Positions 56,256 through 64,000 of a DNA stretch of 64,000 bases are shown here, piece after piece (positions within the stretch are counted from its first letter, which is position 1; every line of letters starts with the position of its first letter). The notes beneath the pieces were generated by a model. The model searched no databases. It saw only the letters and a list, made by a program, of their open reading frames with translations, and was not told where the DNA came from. Location: NCBI GenBank assembly GCA_963765765.1, contig CAVXYC010000019.1, positions 96,001 to 160,000 on the forward strand, in the 5' to 3' direction. A program made the translations under genes and the position numbers. The DNA comes from an uncultured Chloroflexia bacterium (GTDB lineage Bacteria > Chloroflexota > UBA6077 > JACCZL01).

Positions 56256-58057
56256 TCAAGGCCGGGTTGTTGTGCGGTTCGGCGATGCCGCTACGCTGCC
56301 GTCACTGCCTGAGATCACCAGCTCGGCGCCACTGCCGTTCGATACAAGATCGAATCGCTTCGAATGGTACGCGGCAAGCGCCGGGCGATGGGCCACGCTG
56401 AGCATCGCGGTGTTTGGCAGGCGTTTTTGGAGCAGCTCATAGATATCTCGTTCAGTGACTTCGTCAAGCGCGCCGGTTGCTTCATCGAGAAACAGCCAGT
56501 CCGGTTGATGAAGCAGCACCCGCGCCACCGCGAGTCGCTGTTGTTCGCCGCCGCTGAGCTGCATCGCCCACCGCTCGGTGTCATCCAGTCGATTTCTTAA
56601 ACTCGCGAGGTGAACAGCGTCGAGTGCTTCGCGTATTGCTTCGTCGTCAAATGCCCCTGAGGCTGGCCGGATACGAAACGGCTTCGCGTAGCGTACCGAT
56701 CGGGATGTACGGCTTCTGCGGCAGAAAGAGGACCTGGGCGCGCTTTGGAAGCTGAATCTCCCCATGCCCATACGGCCAGATGCCAGCGATGGCTCGAAAC
56801 AAGGTGCTCTTTCCACTACCGGAAGGACCCGACACCAACACTCTGTCGGCCGGCTCGATGACGAATCCGGCCGCGGTGAGGATGACCTCACCGGAAGGAA
56901 TGGCCAGCTCGAGGGGGCCCGCGGTGAGGTCTGGTGCCCCGTTTGTTGTCGACCTCGATTCCACTCGAGGCCGCGGCGTGCTCGGAATCCTCGAGCGCGC
57001 GCTGGAAAGTGAGCAGTCGCTCAACGCTTGCCCGGTAGCTGGCTAGCCTGCCGTAATTTTCAACGAACCAGGAGAGTGAGTCCTGGACTTGACCGAACGC
57101 CGAGCTAATCTGAAAGAGCTCACCAAGGCTGATGGCGCCGGCGAAATACCGAGGTGCCGCTACCAGGATCGGAAAGATGATGGCAACCTGAGAATAACCG
57201 ACCGTGAAGATGGTGAGGTTTTTGGTGTAGCGCATCAAAGACCACCAATTCTTACGGATGTTCTCGAATTGATTGAGAAGTCCTGTCGTTTCACTCTGCT
57301 CTCCGCGATACAGAGCTACTCCCTCAGCGTTCTCGCGCAGCCGCACCAGGCCAAATCGGAAATCCGCTTCATAGCGCTCCTGGTGAAAATTGAGCGGGAT
57401 TAACGGTCGTCCCACAAAATGGGCCACGACGCTTCCGACCACCGCATAAACGATCGCTACCCACACCATGTAGCCCGGAATTGTGATCTCCGCGGTTCCG
57501 AGCGAAAAGGTCAGCGGACCGGAAATGGTCCAGAGAATCGCGACGAACGACACGAGTGTGACGACAGACGAGAGCAATCCAAGCCCGAGACCCAGGGTGC
57601 CGGTGGTGAGGAGCTGCAGGTCCACCGCGATTCGTTGGTCAGGGTTGTCCTGTCCGCGACTTTCGAGCTCCAGGCGATAGTAGGACCGGTTGCTCAGCCA
57701 GCGGCTCAAGTATTCACGTGTGAGCCACGTGCGCCAGCGCATTTCGAGCAGTTGGGTGAGGTAGAGCCGTAGCACCGCACCCGCGATATACAAGGACGCG
57801 AGTATCGCGAATCGGATGAGGAGCTGCGTAAATTCTTCGAGGTCCCGTTGATCGAGTGCGTTGTAGAAGTCGCGATTCCACACATTGAGCTGTACGTTGA
57901 TGAAAACCAGGCCCAACGCGAGCGCAACGATCACGGCCAGCAGCGCGCGGGCCTGCCAGCGTTCGTCAGATCGCCAGTAGGGCACTGTGAGACCGATCAA
58001 CTGCCGGCCAAACTTTAGGCTGTCCGACACTCGAGAACGGAGGGCGATCAGGCTCAT
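56256..58057 (-). CDS. Fused ABC transporter permease/ATPase, BacA(Rv1819c)/YddA/ABCD-like (frameshifted)
   Basis: DFYNAL, RWRTWLT, DNPDQRI, EADFRFGLVRLRENAE.VA.YRGE, GPSGSGKST, FLPQKPY, LSGGEQQR, LDEAT, SVAHR. Confidence 0.9.
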
Positions 58058-58319
58058 TTTGGAGCTGGGATGCCATCCGGGTATGTTGCGCCTAAATCGC
58101 AGTGCCTTCGATGACGAAAGACACGTGACATAGAGTCCGCCCGGGGGAGGTCGCGCTTATGAGCGCACGATCTCCCGCCACTGGGATCCTGCGCGCGGCG
58201 GAGAGGAACCGTGGCTACGCACAGGGATGACAATGAACCAATCGGTAAGAACTGAGAGTTGGCGGAGAATAAGCTCTATCGGCGCTGTTGGACGATTGGC
58301 GCGAACGACGTGTGATGGA

Positions 58320-59102
58320 TCAGGGTGCCTGGAGCGGGAGCTTTCCTTCCGTCAAGGCTGTGTAGAGCGGCTGCACGTACTGATATTCGATGTCCAGCCG
58401 ATACCGGAAGGCGCGCGCCGCGGTGAGCTGACGCTCGGTAGTGCAGGCCCATTCCGCCAGGCAATCGGCCTCCCATGGAATATCGTCGCTCACGTCGTTC
58501 ACGTATGAGCGAAAGATCTCCAGGTGCGGCTCCTCTACGCCGTAGTGCTTTGCAAGCGCCTCTCCAGCTTGGGACATTAGCTCTTTCCCGAGCTGATCGC
58601 CGGCGTAAAAGCTTGCCACGCCATCAAGCCAGCTCCACTCCCACCAGCGCGAGCAGAGTGATAGGGTCGACATCGCATAGTACGAGCGGGTGAACACTTT
58701 CCACTCGGTGATCTCTTCTCGGCTCAAGCCGATGCCTTCCCCCAGACGCAGCCACAGTTCTTCATAGGCGGGAGTGGTCCACCCTACAAGATCGTTGACG
58801 ATCTCTCGACCCTCGATGCACACCATCTTGCGTAGCATCTTGGTGCGCGTGGCCTCTTCGTTTGTCTTAACGAAGATAGCCCCGGTGCTGAACTGGAGAC
58901 CGTAGTCCCAGTAGTAGTACATGTTCTTTACCCAGAGCTCGAGAAACTCGCGCTTGAGCGAACCATCAAAGAGGGCACTGTAGAAAGGCGGAGGCTCCGG
59001 ATACCGCTCCTGGCGTTGGGTGGCAAGCAATTGAAGGAAGTCGGCGCCCGACAACGGCGGCTCGCGAAGGTCCTCAGCGGAGTAGGGTGGATGGTTCAAC
59101 AT
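58320..59102 (-). CDS. PqqC-like heme-oxygenase-fold protein lacking canonical His ligands
   Basis: PFYSALFDGSL.RE.LELWVKNMYYY, ELWLRLGEGIGLSREEI, SWLDGVAS, LAKHYG, TTERQ..A..AFRYRLDI. Confidence 0.7.
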   Translation of the reverse strand: MLNHPPYSAEDLREPPLSGADFLQLLATQRQERYPEPPPFYSALFDGSLKREFLELWVKNMYYYWDYGLQFSTGAIFVKTNEEATRTKMLRKMVCIEGREIVNDLVGWTTPAYEELWLRLGEGIGLSREEITEWKVFTRSYYAMSTLSLCSRWWEWSWLDGVASFYAGDQLGKELMSQAGEALAKHYGVEEPHLEIFRSYVNDVSDDIPWEADCLAEWACTTERQLTAARAFRYRLDIEYQYVQPLYTALTEGKLPLQAP

Positions 59103-59243
59103 GCCCTGGGTCTCCTCCTATGCAATGGTGTCATGAGCCCGAGCGGTAGCCCAAGCTGAGAGGGCTAGGGCTCGGCAACCTGCTCGGGGGCTGCTAGCAT
59201 ATCATGCGTCGAAGGCAAGGGCAGTCACGCGTTCGAGGAGATA

Positions 59244-59468
59244 TTGATGTCGGGCCTGGATGGCGATGCTCAATCGATTGTTGATTTCATGTCCGCGGAA
59301 AAGGAGAAGGGCCACGCGGAGGTAAGTCGCGCGGATATTCAGCGGGGAACCGGACTGGGTTATAACCAGCTCGTTGAATCACTCGCCAAGCTGGAGACCA
59401 GTGCGCCGCCGATACTGGTGAGGAAAACCAAGGGCATCTCCAGTGTCTGGGAGCTGGTGACACCGTGA
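59244..59468 (+). CDS. Small winged-HTH-like protein
   Basis: GAGGAG RBS; SIVDFM...EVSRADIQRGTGLGYNQLVESLAKLE...VWEL. Confidence 0.55.
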   Translation: MMSGLDGDAQSIVDFMSAEKEKGHAEVSRADIQRGTGLGYNQLVESLAKLETSAPPILVRKTKGISSVWELVTP

Positions 59469-59526
59469 CCGCTGTCATTCGGCGTGTGTATACGCCTGCT
59501 CTGACGCTCCGAAATCAGGCCCGAAT

Positions 59527-60297
59527 ATGACCGTCGAACTGTCGTTGGAAGGCCTGCGTCAAACCGCGGCCGGATCGCCGGGCGGCGATTATCTGAGAGG
59601 AACATGGTTGCCCTTCGCGGCCAGGACCGAGCTCACCGACGCGGATCCGATATTGCCGGTGCGTGTACTGGGCGAAGGCCTCGTCGCGTTTCGCACGACG
59701 GGTGGCGAGCTGGCGCTCATGCAGGAACGCTGTCCCCATAATGGCTACTCGCTGGTTGGCAGCTCCGTGGAAGAAAAGAGTCTGGTGTGCTGGAAGCACG
59801 GCTGGCATTTTGGGACCGATGGAGCGTGCTGGGTGGAGGGATATCAGGGAAAAACATGGCCCGTGCAGTGGGCCAATGCGACCTCGTATCCCGCGAAGGC
59901 GTGGGGCGGACTGCTGTGGTCGTATCTTGGAGCGATCCCGTTGGACTTCTCTCCGCCTGCTATCCCAGCCGATCTCGCGGGGATTGAGACCGTTGCACTC
60001 TCCGGCGTCCAGGACATCAACTGGCTTGATTCGCTGGCATTTGCCGTGAGCGAAGGTCAGGAGCTCATGGCGCCGTGTCACACAGCGCGTCCGGGCATGC
60101 TCATGCTGCGCCTGCCGGTAGATGATGAACATACCTGGGTTCTGGCAGTTGGCCGACCTGGCGAGCAAGATGCCGCGCTAGCACACATCAAGCTCGCCGC
60201 GTTTGACCAGAGCAGCAATGCGCTTGCCCCGGCCAAAGCGCGGGTGGTGGAATACGTGCGAGATGCTCTGGAGGATTCCGCGAGGCCCTCACCCTAA
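59527..60297 (+). CDS. Rieske-domain protein with truncated oxygenase catalytic domain
   Basis: TAAGSPGGDYLRGTW, CPHNG...CWKHGWHF; the D-x2-H-x4-H iron motif is absent after 'INWLD'. Confidence 0.72.
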   Translation: MTVELSLEGLRQTAAGSPGGDYLRGTWLPFAARTELTDADPILPVRVLGEGLVAFRTTGGELALMQERCPHNGYSLVGSSVEEKSLVCWKHGWHFGTDGACWVEGYQGKTWPVQWANATSYPAKAWGGLLWSYLGAIPLDFSPPAIPADLAGIETVALSGVQDINWLDSLAFAVSEGQELMAPCHTARPGMLMLRLPVDDEHTWVLAVGRPGEQDAALAHIKLAAFDQSSNALAPAKARVVEYVRDALEDSARPSP

Positions 60298-60397
60298 CCC
60301 TCTCCCAAAGGGCGAGGGAACTGATCTAGGCCGATATCGCCTGACGCTGATCCCTCGCCCTTTGGGAGAGGGTTAGGGTGAGGGCCTCGCGGAATCC
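60273..60397. repeat. 47-bp perfect inverted repeat, BoxC-like
   Basis: GGATTCCGCGAGGCCCTCACCCTAACCCTCTCCCAAAGGGCGAGGGA (60273-60319) and its exact reverse complement (60351-60397). Confidence 0.9.
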
Positions 60398-60414
60398 CTC
60401 ACCCTGCCGGATAG

Positions 60415-61575
60415 CTAAGCGGTGCGGACCGCGACGCCAGCTCGATGCATCTCCGGTCCATTGTTGAGCCGAGAGTCCTGGCCAAATCCCTCATGGGTCT
60501 CAGTCCACTTCCGAATGCTCTCGCTCACCTCGCTCGAGGGTGGGACGACCGCGGGCGGGAGAACTCCGTGGTTGTAGACGCGAGCCGCGGTCCCGTGGAG
60601 TATTTGAGCTCGTTTTTCATCTGATAGATGACCAAGATCGCCGGCGATAATTCGCCCCGAGTCAGGCCAGATGCTCGCCGGATGAGGATAGTCATTGGAC
60701 CACATGGCGTTGATTTCGCTGTAGTCGTTCAGGAGATAGCAGCCCACACCGTCGCTGATGAATGCTGAGCTGACCTGGCGACGGTAGTACACGCTAGGGT
60801 CCTGTGGCAGTGGCGCGCGAGTGGCGGCGTAGTAGTCGAACTCTTGCAGCCAGAACGGAATCCAGCCCACGCCTACTTCGGCCACTTGGAATTGAAGTCG
60901 CGGATACCGCTCCATGACGCCCGCGCCGATGAGCTCCGCGAGCGAGCTCATCGTATCGAACTTATGTCCGTTCACGGAGTGAAGCCAGGCGAGTCCGCCA
61001 GTGTTCGGAGGACGGACATCCGCGCGGGCGTTGATGTGCATGGAAAGCGGCATGTCCATCTCCTGAGCCGCGCCCCAGAATCGCTCGTAATGGTCGGACG
61101 TGTACGGTAGGCTGCTGGGCGTCGCAATATAGATGGCCGCACCCTTCAATCCAGCATCTTTACAGCGAGCCAGCTCCGCGATCGCATGATCGATATTGCG
61201 CAACGGCATGATGCCAAGACCCCAGAATCGCTCCGGGGCCACGTTGCAGAACTCAATCATCCAATCGTTGTAGACGCGGATGCAGGCCTCCTGGAGCTCC
61301 TCACCCTGAGTCAGCCAGACGTAGTAGCCGAGTGTGGGATAGAGAACCTCGGCACTGATTCCGTCATAGGCCATGTCTACGAGACGCTCATGAGGATCCC
61401 AGCCACCAGCACGGAGATGCTGATGGGACTCGTAGAGCCTGACATTGGGGAACTTAGGCGCATCCTCGCGGAATTTAGCCGGCAAATTCTTTTCCCAGAG
61501 ATCGGGCGGCTCGGCCATATGGGAGTCCGCGGAAATCACGATCATTTCACCGTGTGCGCCATTTGAAGGACTCAT
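60415..61575 (-). CDS. Amidohydrolase_2 family protein
   Basis: ISADSHMAEP, RVYNDW, LSMHI, AEVGVGWIP, WSNDYPH. Confidence 0.88.
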   Translation of the reverse strand: MSPSNGAHGEMIVISADSHMAEPPDLWEKNLPAKFREDAPKFPNVRLYESHQHLRAGGWDPHERLVDMAYDGISAEVLYPTLGYYVWLTQGEELQEACIRVYNDWMIEFCNVAPERFWGLGIMPLRNIDHAIAELARCKDAGLKGAAIYIATPSSLPYTSDHYERFWGAAQEMDMPLSMHINARADVRPPNTGGLAWLHSVNGHKFDTMSSLAELIGAGVMERYPRLQFQVAEVGVGWIPFWLQEFDYYAATRAPLPQDPSVYYRRQVSSAFISDGVGCYLLNDYSEINAMWSNDYPHPASIWPDSGRIIAGDLGHLSDEKRAQILHGTAARVYNHGVLPPAVVPPSSEVSESIRKWTETHEGFGQDSRLNNGPEMHRAGVAVRTA

Positions 61576-61816
61576 TGCTATGTCCCCTCCTAATGGCGAT
61601 GAGCTTAGGACAATTTGAGCGGCTTGTCGAATTGTTTGTGTTGAAACGACCATTCTGACGCCGATCGATTGCCGGCCCCGTGCCTGTAGATCCGGCGCTA
61701 CAATGGCGAACACCACCGGGCATCTACCGGGAACCAGTCTTCAAATGGAGCTAGCGCACCGCTGGCTGCACTCCGAAGACTTAGCGGCTAGAGCAACTGC
61801 TGTTGGAGGGTTGACC

Positions 61817-62982
61817 ATGGGACGGCTTGACCGTTACGGAGTTCGGACACTCGTCTGCGCATTATGTATTGTCGTTGTCGCCGTTGCAGGTTGCGCCCCT
61901 CAAGCGGCGGCACCGGTTCAGGCGATGCATCAGGCTCGTCAGCCAAGCAGGTGAGCCAGGAGGAGATCGCGGCCTACTTCAAGGACCGGACGGTCGACCT
62001 CGTTGTCGGAAACTCACCGGGCGGCGGTAAGGACATTCAGGCGCGAATCGTGGCCGAGTTCCTCCCCCGCCACATACCCGGCAAACCATCCATCGCAATC
62101 CAGAATGTCGCCGGCGGAGATGGAATCCAGGCCACTCGCCAGGTGATGGCTGCGAAGCCGGACGGGCTGACGATGGTGATTATTCCCGCATGGATTTACA
62201 TACAAACGCTTCTCGGCGAAAAGATTGAGGGGTTCAGCGTTGATCGTCCGGTGATCCTGGGGAACTATCAGCAGGAGGCGCCGCAGTACTCCGTGCTCTC
62301 AGTTCGCAGTGAGCTTGCAACATCGTGGACAGAGGTCGTGGAGAAGGGGAAAGCGGGTCAGGTGTTCAAATATGGCGCTCCGGCACCCGGCAGCAGTCAG
62401 TCCATGGCAGGCGCCTGGCTCGAGATGATCGGTGCTCCGGTGAAAGCCGTCTATGGCTACGGCGGAAGCAATGAGGTTCTTGCGGCTCAGGACCGTAAAG
62501 AGATCGACATGTCGGGCGTGGACCCGCCTGCGGAGACCGTTGAGGCCTCGTTCCCTCGCATACGGAAGGCGTTTCCTGAGTGGCTGAGCGGTGACTCGAA
62601 ATTCATCACGCCGGTATTGGCGCTCCGAGACCCCGTACCTCAGGTGTGGCTGGACCCATTCAATTTCAAGACACCGCCGCACATTCTCGACGCCGTTGCG
62701 GCCACAGACGTTCAGAAGGACGCCTATCGCCTGGCATTCGACGTCCGCGCCGCCGGCGATCCGGTCGCCGTTCCGCAAGGGGTGCCAGCATACATCGTGG
62801 CCGCATTGAGCAAGGCCTTGCAGGAGACTGGGACAGACCCAGAATTCATCGCGGCGATGACTCAACGAGGGTTCGATGGCGGGTACACCACGCCAACACA
62901 GTTCAACGACGGCTTCGCGAAGATGCAAGCGGCAACTCCAGACCAGCTTGCGCTACTCAAGAGCATGTATATGGGGAACTAA
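61817..62982 (+). CDS. Tripartite tricarboxylate transporter substrate-binding (TctC/Bug) lipoprotein (frameshift near 61915)
   Basis: Lipobox VAGC, LVVGNSPGGGKD..AR, NVAGGDG, KPDGLT, GYGG, P.GVP, DPEF. Confidence 0.82.
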
Positions 62983-63015
62983 CTGCGGCGGGAAGGCCTT
63001 TAGAGTGCGGCGAGC

Positions 63016-63489
63016 CTATTTCGCCAAGGATTTCCTGGCTCGACGAATCTGATCAGCGTGATCAAACGCGTGGGCTGCGTAAATCTCGAGCCAGGTTTCC
63101 ACAGAGTAGTCGCCGCTCTCCGAGTGGATGCCATGGCGCTGCCAGTCGGACTCATTGAGGCGGTCTAGAAGCTCGGCGGAGGACTCTCGAACTGCCCGAA
63201 ACACGGCCAGGGATGCCTCGATTGGCCGATCGTAACGAAGGCGCCGCGCGAACTCGGCCTCGTCATAGCCATCAATCGTCGGCTCATCCTCCGCCAGCAG
63301 GCGACGAAGTCGGATGTACGACGTCGTCTCGCTGTCGGCAAGGTGGTGGGCAACCTCTCGGGCCGTCCATTCCTCAGCCGTCGATCGGGCGTCGAGCTCC
63401 GCGTCGGTGATTCCCTTCAGCGCCTCTCGAACCTGCGCATAGCCGGTCCGATATCGTGCAATCAGCGCTTGTCGCGCATTGGCATCCAC
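63016..63489 (-). CDS. DinB/YfiT family metal-dependent protein
   Basis: WTAREVAHHLADSE, YDEAEFA, H..DHADQI. Confidence 0.85.
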   Translation of the reverse strand: MDANARQALIARYRTGYAQVREALKGITDAELDARSTAEEWTAREVAHHLADSETTSYIRLRRLLAEDEPTIDGYDEAEFARRLRYDRPIEASLAVFRAVRESSAELLDRLNESDWQRHGIHSESGDYSVETWLEIYAAHAFDHADQIRRARKSLAK

Positions 63490-63781
63490 GGTTGCTTCCC
63501 GATTTCCGCGTTCATGAGCAATTCCACTATGACTGATGGCCATCAAAGGCGAAGAAACCTTCGTGGCTATTGATTCCCGGCCGGCTATCCACACCGAACC
63601 GGAGCGACGCAGCGGCGAGGACCAGCAGCAAGGCTAGAAACACAAACCCGTCCATGAGATCCTCCCGTGTGTCGGCTATGGCCGTCACCGGGGTCAATCC
63701 TAGCGCGATTTCGGCCGGAGAACCATGCTATTCTGTTGGTCTCACGTACCAGAAACCTACAAATCGAAGTTGGATTGAGCT

Positions 63782-64000
63782 GTGGACTTTCAATCGCCGT
63801 CAATGGACGAAGTGAGCTGGAAAATCGTTGAGGCTCTTCAGGAAAATGCCCGCATCAGTTTCAGTGAGCTGGGACGCCAGGTAGGCCTTACTCCACCAGC
63901 AGTGGCGGAGCGCGTCCGCCGGCTGGAGGACGTAGGCATCATTGAGGGCTACCGAGCTGTGGTCAACGTCCAGAAGCTCGGATTACCCCTGACCGCGATC
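63782..64000 (+). CDS. Lrp/AsnC family transcriptional regulator (3'-truncated by window)
   Basis: Manual translation [58 protein letters not shown]. Confidence 0.9.
   Translation, partial: MDFQSPSMDEVSWKIVEALQENARISFSELGRQVGLTPPAVAERVRRLEDVGIIEGYRAVVNVQKLGLPLTAI

Noticed and set aside
58060-58320. Cobalamin riboswitch upstream of the BacA-like transporter
   Set aside because: A CCCGCCACTG-like word and a hairpin are present, but the word is on the wrong strand and the other B12-box elements are missing.
55365-59102. PQQ biosynthesis cluster
   Set aside because: No pqqA, B, D or E, and the PqqC catalytic residues are not evidently conserved.
59135-59190. Imperfect inverted repeat between divergent genes
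   Set aside because: Too degenerate to distinguish an operator from a decayed REP or chance.

Overview
This is a 64-kb window from a high-GC bacterial chromosome. The gene repertoire (Pro/Ala/Lys-tailed lipoprotein SBPs, orphan Rieske oxygenases, amidohydrolases, a CHASE2 cyclase, GT-C glycosyltransferases) suggests an uncultured Chloroflexota-like organism; this is inference. Many genes carry single-base frameshifts typical of an unpolished long-read or metagenomic assembly, and the central part of gltB is especially error-dense and may be chimeric. Housekeeping genes include gltBD, gyrA, a sigma-70 factor, speE, LigC/Prim-PolC, a D,D-carboxypeptidase and an amidase. Accessory genes cover aromatic catabolism, general stress and cell-surface glycosylation. 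No rRNA, tRNA, CRISPR array or intact transposase was seen. The most notable observations are: (1) a GyrA with a ~265-aa Gly-linker plus Lys/Ala-rich, histone-H1-like tail where an acidic tail is usual; (2) two PqqC/CADD-type heme-oxygenase-fold paralogs, one with and one without the diiron ligands, flanking a BacA/YddA-type ABC importer and lying next to a wHTH gene and a catalytically truncated Rieske protein; (3) a decayed four-helix-bundle gene, missed by the ORF track, bracketed by inverted telomere-like (TTAGGGG)n tracts that supply its RBS and stop codon; (4) three sigma-54-type -24/-12 motifs in front of stress genes, two of them divergent around a 16-bp direct repeat; (5) several distinct families of REP/BoxC-like inverted repeats.
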